The notes under the pieces were generated by a model, which had not been told where the DNA came from, made no database searches, and saw only the letters and a list, made by a program, of their open reading frames with translations. A stretch of 64,000 nucleotides of DNA from Geosiphon pyriformis uo1 (taxonomy: Eukaryota > Fungi > Glomeromycota), in assembly GCA_016748015.1 (NCBI GenBank), contig JAAOMT010000201.1:124001-188000 (forward strand), in the 5' to 3' direction. The position numbers and the translations under genes were made by a program. Each line of letters opens with the position of its first letter. Position 1 is the first letter of the stretch. Below, in pieces: positions 11,034-24,921 of this stretch.

Positions 11034-14000
11034 GTGGCAGAATCAGAAACCATAGAAGCAAACCATTTAGGATTTGCAAAATCTTTATTTTAACACTACT
11101 GTCAACATTTGGGATTAAACCACAATCACATATTAGCAGAATCAGCCTTCAATTTCTATGTCAATGAGAGAATTGTCTATCTGTTAGGAACACCAGTAAA
11201 TACTGAGTCAGCAAAAGAAACCTTTTACAATGAATTAATTCAAAACACTAGTCTATCAACAAATCACAATTTTGCATTCATTATCACAGAATCAATAAAG
11301 ATATTGAATATCACACTCAACAAAGATATTTAATTACATATGCCAGTAAAGGAAAAGAAAAACTGCAAACATCAGCAGTAACACCCCAAAGAATACAATC
11401 ACCCACTTGGAAGAAAACCTGAGTTGAATTACCAAACAACCCATCCTACCACTATACCTCTGGAAGTGCCATTAACATAACATCAGCAGGTGCGTCCATA
11501 TCAAACACAACATCAACATTTGGCTGACTTCTATTTCAAAGTAAACAAAAAAAAACAGAATTACTAGGAACCTATGGCAATTATTTTGAAGGATTTAAAT
11601 CACGATCGCCAATGCCATCAAGATTTTGATTACTGCCACCTCAACCAGATTTCAGAAATGCAAGTTCCTGGGAAGTAACGGAATTGAAAAAAAAACAGGA
11701 AGAAGAAGAAAAAGAATCTGAAGATCAAGAATTTACTTATCAGAACCTAATTACTGAAAACCCGGAATTTGAAACTCTGAATCTTCAAACCCAGCAAAAT
11801 CTAAATTTAGAAAATTCAGAAATCAAAACTCTGAATATTCAACCACTGCCAAATCAAAACAATCAAAACTTCAATCTAATTAATCAACCAGACTTATCTC
11901 CAATAATTGTCATCGATCAGCCACTAATTGAACTGATTATCAAACCAGTTCAATAGCAACCACTTCAACAACCCCTCCAACAACTACTTTAATTACTACA
12001 ACAACCACAGCAGTCATTTCAACAGCCACAACAACAACAACAAATGGCATATGCACCAATTGTCAAACTTAAAAAATTTACAGATGAAGAAAACGATGTC
12101 CAGATATGGCTTAATAATATTGAAAAAGTCATCACAGCCAATGGATAGAATGATGCAAGAGTCCTCTAAGCCATTTCTTATTTTTTTCAGGATACTGCTG
12201 ACTCATGGTATCAAAGTCTAGCCAACAAACCCCAGGATTTCAATACATTCAAGCTTACCTTCCTACAATATTTCAGTAATAATAATAGCATCAACCAATT
12301 GGCCAACACTTTTACCACCATCAAGCAAAGAGAAAATGAAGCAGTTACTACTTACTTAGGACACTTTCATAGAAATCTGCGCCAAATTCAGACCATACAG
12401 GCTGATTATTTCACAGTGCCACAAATCCTCAATCAATTCATCAGAGGACTGCACAGTAACATTCTCTAATGTGTATGCCCAATGTATTCAGTAGACCTTC
12501 AAGCTGCAGTTACAAGCACTAGAAATTTCGAAACAGCTGAACTTGAAGTTAACTATGCCCAAATCATTAATCTAGTAATGAATAGATTATCTGAATTGGA
12601 TTCAAAAATTGAAACAATTTAGTGATTCCATCAATCAGAAATTAAAAGGATACTTAACTGACAATTGCCCAATTTATCAGCCACCATAACAATGCAATAA
12701 TTTAGGGAATGCAACACATTTCCAAAATTAGTTGTGTCCATCATCATTATCAAATCAGACATGGCAACCTAAAACATGTGTCTGTCACAACTGTGGTAAA
12801 CAAGGTCATATCCAAGTCAACTGCCATTCTTATAGTAATCCATGATCGGAAAATCAATACAGAAATCCCAATTGCAGATTTCAGACCCCAAATCAACAGC
12901 CAAATCAAGATCAATATCAACCTACTTACCTGCTACTGATGCAGCAGCCAATCTATCAACCACCAATATATCAGACTCCAATTTATCAGCCGCAGCCACA
13001 AGTAATATATCAACTACTGCTGCCAGTAATCTATTAATCCTGACAAATTCAAACACCACCTCAAAACTTACCTTAAAATAGAATCCATAGGCTGAAAATG
13101 ACACAACAAAACTGGAAATCAGCAATAGTAGTGCACCAACTGATCTCTAGTTTATCAACACCATAAACAGAATCTCGCCAGTGAAGTTTGAGTATGAGTC
13201 ATACCCAAAACTTAAGTTTCCAACACTATTTAAGTCTTTTGGTTACCCCAGAAGATGCCACATTCAGCAACCTGGAATTCAGCCAATAGCAAACACTTGT
13301 TAACAATATCTCACCAGCAACTGTTATGGAAGACAAGTCACTCACCGCAATATTTCCCTTTAAAATCGATGAATTCTTAGAAGTCCCATTATTCAGTAGA
13401 GCTGCCTTCGAAGAGAAACCCATAACTGTGATGTACACTAATGCCAAAGTTGATGGTCAGTTCATCAAACTGATCCTAGATAGTGGATCAGCGGGTAGCA
13501 TTATTACACAACAACTTATGGACCAATTAGATCACCAAGTTGATTGTACTGTTAGTGCTCACATAATCACTGCTAATGGGACAACCAAAACTCCTATTGG
13601 TAAAATTGATGACTTTTCTTTTAAAGTCAATGGCATCATTATTTTTATTAAAGTCCTAGTGATAGAAGCAACTCAATATCAGGCATTAGTAGGAAATAAC
13701 TGGTTATCTAAAACCAATGTCATACTTGACTGGATGACACAAGAACTCCAACTAAGCCAGAACAGTTGATACACATGTGCACCAGCCACATGTGGTCACT
13801 TCAAACCAACCAATATGTCAGCACCACTTATCAAATTCAAAAAAGAAGAGAAAAAACCAACCTGAAAAGCCTACCAAGTTTTTTGGACTGATACAGAACA
13901 CAATAAGCTGTTGCCAGTACCTTTATGGGATGACCACGGAAAAGAAAAACAAAAGGAAAAACTTATTTGGAATGTCAACCAAGTCTGAAAAACTGACAAC

Positions 14001-17000
14001 AACCAAGAAGAACTAATAAATTGGGAGTGGAAAGAAGATAAAAAGGAAAAAAAAAAGGAAAAGGAAGAAGAATCAACACCCAATAGCACCACCACTTATA
14101 ATTTCTACACTACATCCCAACAATTTATTTATTATCACCCAAAACTAGTAAGTGTCAATTGTGACAAGAAATTGTCGTCAATGGGTACTTGTTGTAATGA
14201 CAATGAAAAATACACTATGGCAACCAAATTCTACTACCACCCATGTGTTATTAAACACTTTGGAAGACCAAAATGAGTTGGAAAATAGGACAATAAATTC
14301 TGCTTGGCTTGTGGAAAAACTTTTCTTGACAAAAAAATGTGAAATGACATTTCTGGAAGAGGAGAAACATGTGACAAATTGTGTCAGTACATGATTCTCA
14401 TAAGCAACTGGGTGAAAAAAGAAACATCCATAGACACCACCTGGAGACAAGCAGTCAAACGTTTAGATCAATGTCTACACAACGATGACAAAATTTGGCA
14501 AATGATACTTGCCAAAATCAAAGGAGCATCACCAGAAGAAATAAAAACAATTAAAGATAATCTACCTGAACCTATAGAACTTGACTAAGACCCAGAACCA
14601 GTCATAAACCTGTTGGACCTAGAACAATTCCACAAACACTATTAAGAGCTAGCACTTACAAGAGAAAAGCAGGAACAATGCTTAGAAGAAATCAACATTT
14701 AACTATGTAACCATTGTTTGATTTTCTGTGACTTTCAATATTGTAATGAATGTAACCTCATTTACAATTCACAACCCCACATGATCTACACAATCCCAGA
14801 AGAAGATGAACCAATGAACAGCTGCACATTGCAATTGAGATTAAGTTTCAATCCTGATTCAAACTCGGACAATAATGATGACAAAAATAATGGTTTTAAC
14901 TCTGATCAAAATGGCAACAGAAATAACAATAAGTCAGACTCCAATTCAAACCCCGAAACATTTATCACACTTCCTAATCTTACCAAAGAACAGAAACTAA
15001 AATAGTTCAGTAATAACAATAAAAGTATCATGCCAGAATATGTACATAATATTAATGCAGGATTTGATCTGAAATATCTAGGAAAGGATGCTATAAAATT
15101 AGAACCCCATTCGTGCATCTGCATTGATCTTAAAATAGCATTGGAAATTCCAGCAACAACAATAGTTCAGTTAGCATTTAGGAGTAGCTTAGCAAAAAAG
15201 AGAATCAACATCAGAGAAGGAATAATTGATGTGGGATATGTAGGAAATATTATCATCATGCTACAGAATGATTCAGAAAAAGCCTACATGATAGAACCAA
15301 ATGAAAAAATAGCACAGACAATATTTCTACCTCTGGTGAAAGTAGCTAACTTAGTGTCAGTAGAAAACAGAGAAAAATTAGGGATTACTGCTAAAAAGAT
15401 ACAAGAATTCAGATCAATAGGTAAAATAGATATACCAGTTAATATGGTGAAGGAAGAAGTTATTGACAAAGAAGAAATTATCTCAACCTGTTAATCAATT
15501 TCTATTCCACCATATGATCAGTATATGTTAGCCATAAAAAAAGAAGTAAAAGATCAAGCTCAGCTGTTTAAAGCAGAAGCCACCATCTGTGAATCAGGAG
15601 AGATTGGACTTACTAATCTTTATATATCAGCCAAAAGCCCAAAAAACATCAAAATTCTCATCTATAACACAACGGAAAATGTTATTGAAATACCAAAGAG
15701 AACTATTATTGGATACTTAATCACTAAAGTTGAGGATCAACTACCAAACCATATCCCAGATTTTCCACAGCTTTGTGAATATGTAGACATCACATCACAA
15801 ACCATCTACAGACAAAGTGAATGTTATCTGCTTCAACCAGAACAATTAAAACAGATAAACATAGGGAATTTAGACCCATTCCAGCAGATACACCTAAAAA
15901 TGTTACTCAACAAATTCAATGATATCTTTGCCAGCGAAAATGAATTTGGCAGAACTGACATCATCTAACATCAAATTAAAACTGGAGATACAATACCAAT
16001 TAAACAAAGAGCATACAGAGTATCACTAGCCAGCCACGAGATCATTTGTCAAGAAATCAATCAAATGCTTGACAATGGGCTAATTCAGTCATCAATAAGC
16101 CCATGTCATCACCAGTGGTACTAGTTCAGAAAAAGAATAGAAAAATTCATTTTTGTGTAGACTACCAGAAACTGAATAGAGTAACAAAAGGAGACAGCTA
16201 CCCAACTCCAAAGATTCAAGAGCTGTTTGATGCTTTTGGAGAAAAAAAATGGTTTTTAATATTGAATTTAAACAGTGGTTACTGGCAAGTAGCTATGAAA
16301 CCAGAAGATAAAGAGAAAATGGCTTTCACTATATGAGAAGAGAATTTCAAATTCAAAATAATGCTATTTGGCTTAATGAATGCTCCAGCAATATTTCAAT
16401 GGCTTATGGAAATTGTCTATACTGGACTGTTATAGAAATCAGTAGTTGTATATTTAGATAACATCAATGTGTTCTCAAAAACATTCGATGATCATCTGCA
16501 TTATTTCTAACAAGTATTTGAAAGACTCAGAAAAGCCGGATTGAAACTAAATGCAACTAAATGTTTCTTTAGAAAAACTGAACTCAAGTTTTTGGAACAT
16601 GTTGTAAGCAAAAATAGTATAAAAACAGATCCAAATAAAATTGCCATAATAAAAAACTTTCTAGTACCAACCAATCTGATAGAACTAAGAGCATTTTTGG
16701 AATTTGCAAACTACTATTGTCATTTTATCAAGAACTTTTCTAAATTGGCTCAGCTGCTTCATCATCTACAAACTAAGAATGTCAAGTATGAATGAACAAA
16801 AGCTCAACAAAAAGCATTTGACACACTGAGACAGAAGCTTATTTAAGCTCTGATGTTGATATATTCAGACCACAGCAAACTATTTATCATCATTACTGAT
16901 GCATCAGGCCAAGCATTGGGAGCCATACTATCACAGAAAGAACCAGATGGAAGAGAACATCCAGTTGCTTATGCCAGTAAAAGCTTAAGTCCAGCTGAAA

Positions 17001-17254
17001 AAAACTATAGAACTCCAGCACTAGAACACTTAGCAATCTATTGGGTTGTCACCAAATGGAGAGAATACTTGAACCAAAAGTTTGAGGTGTATACTGACCA
17101 CAAAAGATTGACTTTAATCCAGAAACAGGAATTTGGAGACGACTATCATGCCAGATAGAAAATAGAACTTTCATTATTCAATTATACAGTACATTATAAA
17201 AAAGGAAAAAACAATGGAAACATTGATGGATTGTTACAAATGAGACAAATCTAA
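11034..17254 (+). pseudogene. B2 gag-PR-Cys-rich-dUTPase-RT-RNase H polyprotein
   Basis: MAYAPI at 12044, CHNCGKQGHIQVNC knuckle, LILDSGSAGS, dUTPase ~15000-15423, RT and RH motifs (TDASGQALGA); TAA at 17252. Confidence 0.92.
15000..15423 (+). pseudogene. dut: dUTPase domain (B2)
   Basis: AGFDL, RSSLA, IIDVGYVG, EKIAQ, decayed motif 5. Confidence 0.88.
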
Positions 17255-17284
17255 AAACATTTCAACACAAAAATATAACAAAAA

Positions 17285-18657
17285 ATGAATATACAAAAAT
17301 ACCAACAACTCCAATGTTATATAAATACCCAATTGTTCAAGAAGAAATTATCTTAAAAAGAACTAAACAACATAAAACAACAAGCAAAATATTTTATCAA
17401 CCATCAAAATATACTTTACCAAAAAAACAAAAGAAATTCAGATCAACTAACCAGAGTAATCACAGAACCAAAGAAAGAAACAATATTGTTTAACATACAC
17501 TCAGATCCAACAGCAGAACATTTTCATAAAGAAGCAACCATGAAAAGAACCAGAAAAAAATACTATTGGCCATTAATGTATCCAAACATCATCCAATATG
17601 TTCAGAATTGTGATGCCTGTCAGAAAAAAAGTGGAATAAGACCAAGTGAACCATTAAGACCAATCAAAGTGGGACAACCATTTGATTGAATTGAAATTGA
17701 CTTAGTTGGACTACTAACAATTACTAGCAGAAACAACAGATACATTGTAGTAGTCATGGATTATCTCACTAAATGGCCAGAAGCAAAAGTCATTCAAAGA
17801 GCAGATGCAGAATCTATTGCTGAATTTGTCCATCAAGATTTGATCTGTTGACATAAATGTCCAAAGAAACTACTATCAGATCAAGAAACTCATTTTGTGA
17901 ATAAAATATTGACAGAACTAAGTCAAAGATTTGGGATAAAAGACCATTATTATCACCATATTATCCACAAATTAATGGACTAGTTGAAAGATTCAATAGA
18001 ACATTATGTGAGCAATCGCCAAAATCAGTCAAGAAAACCAAGACAAATGGGATTTGTTTATATCATCAGTATTATTTGCTTATTGAATAATGAAATAAGA
18101 TACTACACAAGCAACACCATTTGAATTAATATATGAGAAAACAGCAACATTACCAGTTGAGATAGAGATCAATACATATCCAACTAAACCAATAACAGAA
18201 GCCAATTTCCAAGAAACATTGTTAAGAAGAACATATGACTTAATAGAAACACTAGAAAACAGACGACAAAAAGCAGCTGATAATATCCAAAAGTCTTAAA
18301 AAAAGCAAAAAAAATGACACGATAACCAATTACCAGATAAACCAGTTGAATTCAAGATTGAAACAAAGTACTTTTACATCATATCAAAATAGAAAAACAA
18401 TGGAGTGGAAAATTTGACCCCAAATAGAATGATCTATTTTACATAGAAAAATTTTTGGAAATGGAGCTTATAAATTAAGATGGGACAACAAAATTTTAGC
18501 CAAAGCAGCACATAGTGATCAACTGAAACCATATTACCAAATAGCATCATTATCCACCAATAACATTCTACAATTAAGAGTACAACAAATACTAGTCCAA
18601 CCAGATGAGATTCCATGAGATCTAAAACCAATCATAATTATTAAACCAAACATGTAA
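17285..18657 (+). pseudogene. B2 integrase (separate ORF)
   Basis: ATG at 17285; HSDPTAEHF...CDACQ, IDLVG, LLSDQ, GLVERFNRTL, GPF/Y-type C-terminus. Confidence 0.9.
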
Positions 18658-18675
18658 AATCAAATAATAAAAGAG

Positions 18676-18683
18676 TATATAAA
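18676..18683 (+). promoter_or_regulatory. Candidate internal TATA box upstream of ORF3
   Basis: TATATAA(A) just after the IN stop and ~40-50 nt before the ORF3 start; also 24874, 42644, 55463 and ~27307-27314 (-). Confidence 0.55.
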
Positions 18684-18721
18684 GACACAGTATATGCGAC
18701 AAAAGCAACCAAGAAAAAAAA

Positions 18722-19357
18722 ATAGAAATACCAGTTCACATTTACACCATAGCTCAACAATTATTCCAGGCCTTAAATCAACAATTTTTAAACATGAAAA
18801 TTATTGTTAACAACCAAACAATTTGCTATCGAAACACTAAAAGAAAGACAAAGAATACATCATATCAGCAGTTACCAAAGAAAGATAAAAACTGGTCAGA
18901 TAACATAATAGAAAAAGTGAAGAACACTTTTGGAAAAATATCTATTATGGCACCAACAGAAAAACTTACAAAAGAGAATTAGAAGCAATAAACAGAACAA
19001 CTTCTAATATCATACTGTCACTACCAGTTAGGTCGAAAGTTGAATATTCAAGAGTTGTATATTGACAAATTCAAGAGAATATTTAACCAAAACATAATAC
19101 AACAAATTAAAGAATTTATTGAAAAAAAAACAAACTCAACACTACATGTGAGAACAATTTACTGACTGCACAACATATTTCAGAACTATTCAGAAATACT
19201 TTTACACTCTGACATAGAAACTATAACCATTAACCAATGAGGAAAAATAAACAATGTACAAGTAGAAGATGTGAAAAATAAAGTTAAACAAACAATACTA
19301 GAAAAAGAAGTATTAGAGCTAATTCAAAATGAAGATTTTAATGGAGCTTAATATTAA
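18722..19357 (+). pseudogene. B2 ORF3 remnant
   Basis: IAQQLFQ..KIIVNNQTICY, YCHYQLG, VRTIY, ends DFNGA*Y* at the PPT. Confidence 0.75.
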
Positions 19358-19371
19358 AAAAAAGGAAATAA

Positions 19372-20115
19372 TGTTACTTATAAAAAAAAACAAATATAGA
19401 AAAATAGTAAACCAATAAGCAAATAGTATTTACCACATAAGCACATTGCTCAAGAAATCATAGCACATCACTCAAAAATATGAGCGATTTCATAAAACAT
19501 CAATTATGTATATATAGCAATAATATTAGAAGTAGAAAAAAAAGAATTCTTTAGTTAGAAACATTCCATCCACAATATTAATAAATAATTATTCACCATT
19601 TCAACTCACTTTCCACTATTAACACTTCATGTTAATAGTAATTGATACTTAATCACACTAGAACAATAGCTTTTGATCATGGCTATTAATGAATTACTAA
19701 CATTCATCATCTTGGCTGATTTCTCATTTTTTATTTTCTGTTATTCTTTGGTTTATATTCTTTTATTGTTGTTACTTCTTTGTTCTACTAATTGATTGAA
19801 GATTAAGTGCTAAGTTATTGACATCAAGGATTGCTTGGTAAAAGACCTCTACGAGTGGGTAGAACATGTAAAAGAATTATGGATTACTTACCAAAGAATT
19901 GCCAATCACCACGCCAAGAGAAAAATTGACAGAATTGCGATTCTGAGAAGCTACAGATAAATCACTATTGAATTTCTGTCTATTATACAAAGAACTCAAC
20001 AACCAAAACTTTTAGACAAACAACACCTTCAGATCACCATCATTGGGAATAGCTTTTGAGCACCAGATTACAAGTTTGTTATTTGATTTAAGACCCCAAA
20101 TAATTACCTGTAACA
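19372..20115 (+). repeat. B2 3' LTR
   Basis: matches 10127-10971 with ~100 bp fewer U3 repeats; preceded by PPT AAAAAAAAGGAAA. Confidence 0.93.
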
Positions 20116-23100
20116 CTGTACCATTAATTGAATTTGAGGAAGAAGAAAAAAAACCTACTTAGAAAGCCTACCAAGTTTCATGGACTGACACCAATCACAA
20201 TGAATTACTGTTAATACTGTCTTGGAACAACAAAGGGAAAGGAAAAGAAAAAGACAAGCCATAAGAAAATACCACCAACAAAATTACCAGTGGCTGGGGA
20301 AGTTCCTATTCAACTGACATCAGACCAAAACCACCTTATATCTCACTTCAGTGCAAAGACTGCAAAAAAAGTTGTCCTCCATGAAAGCTTGGATTGCATC
20401 TGACGAAGACTACTGGATGCAAACCTATTACTATTGTAAACCATGTCACTGTAGACACTATGGCTATTCAAAATGCCAAGGCAAGTGGGACAACAAATCA
20501 TGTCTCACTTGTGGCAAACAACTGTTTGACGAAGAGATGTAGAATGACATTCCTGGTCAAGGAGAAACCTGTGATGCATTGTGTTAATACACAATTCTCA
20601 TTAACAACTGAGTAAGTCAAGAAATCCCAATAACTGCAGCCTGGCATTGAGCAATCTCTTGTCTGAATGGTTACCCACATGATGAAAGTAAGATTTAGAG
20701 AATGGCCAATGCTAAGATAGAAAGCACTTCGCCCAGTGAAATCTTAGAAATAAAGAACAATTTCCCTGAACCAGTTGAAGTTGTTCTTATTTTCAACACC
20801 TTTTTAGATATTGAAACAGGCCCAAAGGAATTCCATGAACACTACCAAAATTTAGCACTCACTCAAAAGGAACAAGAACAGCACTTGAAAGAAATAAACA
20901 CCCAATTATATAACCACTGTTTGATCCCATGTGACTTTTAGTATTATAATAAGTGTAACCTTATCTACAATCCAACATCATGCAGGATCTACACAATTCT
21001 AGAAGAGAAAGAACCAATTAGCAGCTGTGTATCAGAATTGGATTCAAATTTTAATTCCAATTCAAACTCTGATAATGATAACAACAACAGTTCCAGCTTT
21101 ATTCAAAATGGCAACAGCAATAACAATGGTGATTTAAACTCAGATTCAGACTCCAAACAGTACATCGCACTTTTTAATCTCTCCAAAGAGCAAGAACTCA
21201 GATGGTTCAGTAACAACAATGAAGGTATTATGCCAGAATGTGTACATAATACTGATGTAGAATTTAATCTAAGATATCCAAGAAAAAATGCTATCAAATT
21301 GAAACCACATTTATGCACCTGCATTGATCTCAAAGTTGTACTGAAAATTTCTGCAACAACAATGATTTAATTAGCATCTAGAAGTAGCTTAGCAAAAAAA
21401 GAAATCAGCATCAGAAGAGGAATAATTAATGCTGAATATGTGAGAAATATTATTGCTATGCTACAAAATAACTCAGAAAAGGCCTATAGAGCCAAATAAA
21501 AAAATAGCACAAGCAATATTCCTGCCTCTGGTTAAAATAGCTCAATTAGTATCAGTGAAAAACAGGGAAGAATTAGGAATTACAGCTAGAGGAATACAAG
21601 GATTTGGATTAACAGATAGAATAGATGTACCAGTTAATATGACAGAAGAAAAGGTTATTAACAAGAGAGAAATTATATCCACCCATCAATCAATTTCCAT
21701 TCCACCATATAACCAGTACATGTTAACTATAGAAAGAAAAGTAAAGGATCAGGCACAAATTTTTGAAGCAGAACCAACTATTTGCAAATCAGGAGAAATT
21801 GAACTTATCAATCTTTACATACCAGCCAAAAACAAGAACCATATCAAAATTCTTATATATAATGCAACAGAAAACATCATAGAAATACCAAAAGGAACCA
21901 CTATCAGGTATTTAAGCACTGAAGTTGAAGAACAGACACCAAACCACATTCCAGATTTCCCACAGCTTTGCAGATATATGGATATCACATCACAAACAAT
22001 TTATGGACAGAACAAATGTTATCTGCTTTAACCAAAACAATTGGAACAAATGAACATAGGAAACTTAAACCCACTTCAATGTATGCAGCTCAAGATGTTA
22101 CTCAACAACTTTAATGATATCTTTGCCAGCTAAAATAAATTTGGCCATACTGATATCATCCAGCATCAAATCAAGACTGGAGATGCAATGTCAATTAAAC
22201 AGAAAGCATACAGAGTACCACTAGCTAGCCATGAGATTATTCATCAAGAAATCAATTAGATGCTTGACAATGGGCTAATTCAGCAATCAATGAGCCCATA
22301 GTTATCACCAGTAGTACTAGTTCATAAAAAAAATGGGAAAATCTGCTTTTGTGTGGATTACAGAAAACTGAATGAAGTAACAAAAGGAGATAGCTACCTG
22401 GCTCCAAAGATCTAAGAACTGTTTGATGCTTTTGAAGGAAAGAAATGGTTCTCAACTTTGGACTTAAACAGCAGTTACTGGCAAGTAGCCATAAAACTAA
22501 AAGATAAAGAGAAAATGGCTTTTACAATGCGAGAAAAGAATTTTGAATTTGAAGTAATGCCATTTGGTTTGATAAATGCACCAGCCACCTTCCAATAACT
22601 AATGGAAATCATTTACATCAGACTACTATGGAAATCAATAGTTGTTTACTTAGATGACACAAATGTATTCTCCAAGACATTCGATGATCATTTGCATCAT
22701 TTCTAACAAGTGTTTAAAAGACTAAAAAGAACTGAATTAAAATTAAATGCAACCAAGTGTTTCTTTAGAAAAACTGAACTCAAGTTTTTGAGACATGTTG
22801 TAAGCAAAGACAGTATCAAGATCCAGACAAGATTGAGGTAGTTAAGAACTTTCTAGTACCAACCAACTTGACAGAACTAAGAGCATTCTTGGGATTTGCC
22901 AAATATTATTGCCACTTTATCAAAGACTTTTCTAAACTGGCCCAGCCATTATACCAGCTTTAATCAAAAAACATCAAGTATGAATGGACAGAAAACCAGT
23001 AAGAAACTTTCAACATATTAAAAAGAAAATTTATTTAAGCTCTAGTGTTAATATATTCAGATCACAGCAAACCATTTATTATTACCACTGATGCATCAGG

Positions 23101-23446
23101 CCAAGCATTGAGAGCAGTACTATCACAGAAAAAACCAGATGGAAGAGAACATTTAGTAGCATATGCCAGCTGAAGTTTAAGTCCAGCTGAAAAGAACTAT
23201 GGAATACCAGCATTAGAATACTTAACAATCTATTGGGCAGTTATGAAATAGAAAGAATACTTAAGTCAGAAGTTTAATATATATACTGATCATAAAGAAT
23301 TGACTTTAATCTAGAAGCAAGAATTTGAAGATAATCATTATACTTGATAGAAAATAGAACTTTCACCATTTAAATATACCATACACTACAAAAAAGAAAA
23401 AGAAAATGGAAATGCTAACAGTTTATCATGAATAAGACAAATTTAA
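20116..23446 (+). pseudogene. B1 Cys-rich-dUTPase-RT-RNase H (3' part)
   Basis: resumes after the B2 TSD; ARGIQGFG, YLDD near 22647; TAA at 23444. Confidence 0.9.
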
Positions 23447-23476
23447 GAACACTTCAACCCAAAAATATAACAAAAA

Positions 23477-24841
23477 ATGAATAAACAAAAATATTAACAA
23501 CTTTAATATTTTATAAATACCCAACGGTTTAAAGAAAAATTATCTCAAAAGGAACAAAACCATATCAAACAACAGTCCAAATATTTTATAACTTACCAAA
23601 ATATACTTTATTGGAAAAACAGAAAGAATTCAGATCAACCAACCAGAGTAATCACAGAATCAGAGAAAGAAACAATATTATTCAACATGCACTCCAATTT
23701 AACAGCAGAACATTTTCACAAAAAAGCAATTATAGAAAGAACTAGAAATAGATACTATTGGCCATCCATGTACCCAGACATCATCCAATACATGCAAAAT
23801 TGTGATGCTTGTCAGAAAAAAAAAAGAACAAGACCTAGCAAGCCATTAAGACCAATCAAAGTAAGACAACCATTCAAGTAGATTGGAATTGACTTAGTTG
23901 GACTATTAACAATAACTAGCAGAGGGAACAGATACATCACAGTAGCCATGAATTATCTTACTAAATGGCCAGAAGCAAAAGCAATTCAAAGAGTGAATGC
24001 AGAATCTGTTGCCAAATTCGTTCATTAAGATCTGATTTGTCAACACAAATGTTTAAAAAAATTATTATCTGACCAAGAAATTCACTTTGTAAATAGAACA
24101 TTAACAGAACTGAGTCAAAGATTCAGAATAAAAAGACCATTATTATTACCATATCACCCACAAATCAATGGATTAGTCAAAAGATTTAATAGAACATTGT
24201 GTAAAGTGATAGCCAAGATCAGCCAAGAAAACCAGGACAAATGGGATTTATTTATATTATTAGTATTATTTGCTTATTGGACAATAAAGCAAGATACTAC
24301 ACAAGCAACACTATTTAAATTAGTATACAGTAGAACAGCAACATTACCAGTTGAGATAAAAGTCAATACATATCTGACAGAATCAATAACAGAAGACAAT
24401 TTCCAAGAAACATTGCTGAAAAGAACATATGACATAATGGAAATGCTAGAAAACAAATGGTGAAAAGCAGCTGATAACATTCAAAAATTACAAGAAAAAC
24501 AAAAAGAAAGACATAATAACCAACTACCAGATAAACCAGTTGAATTCAGGATTGGAGACAAAGTACTATTATATTGTACCAAAGCAGAAAAACAGTGGAA
24601 TAGAAAGTTTGATCCAAAATAGGACAGACTATTTCACATACACAAAATTTTAAGAAACAGATTTTATAAGTTACGATTAGAAAACAAAATTCTAAAAAGA
24701 ACAGCACATGGAAATTGTTTAAAAATTTATCAAACACAAAAATTGACATCAGTGGAACTACAACTAGAAGCACAAATTCCATTAATCAGACCAAAAGATA
24801 TGCCACAAGATATGGAACCAATAATAATCATTAAGACATAA
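23477..24841 (+). pseudogene. B1 integrase (separate ORF)
   Basis: ATG at 23477; HHCC and decayed DDE motifs; TAA 24839-24841. Confidence 0.9.
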
Positions 24842-24921
24842 CTACACACATGCCAAAATCTAGATATTACGTGTATATAAGCCTTGAGACCACAAAGAAG
24901 AGAATAATAAAAATTTCAAAT

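Larger units (their letters stand above)
10127..20115 (+). mobile_element. Element B2, full-length decayed gypsy element
   Basis: LTRs 10127-10971 and 19372-20115, TSD CTAT/CTGT, PBS 10974-10990, PPT before 19372. Confidence 0.95.

Noticed and set aside
12842-13081. Repeated alternative-frame ORF MIGKS... (also 9170, 36765)
   Set aside because: Its ATG most likely arises from CGA>TGA decay in the gag frame, and the S/T/A content mirrors Q/P/Y repeats in Gag
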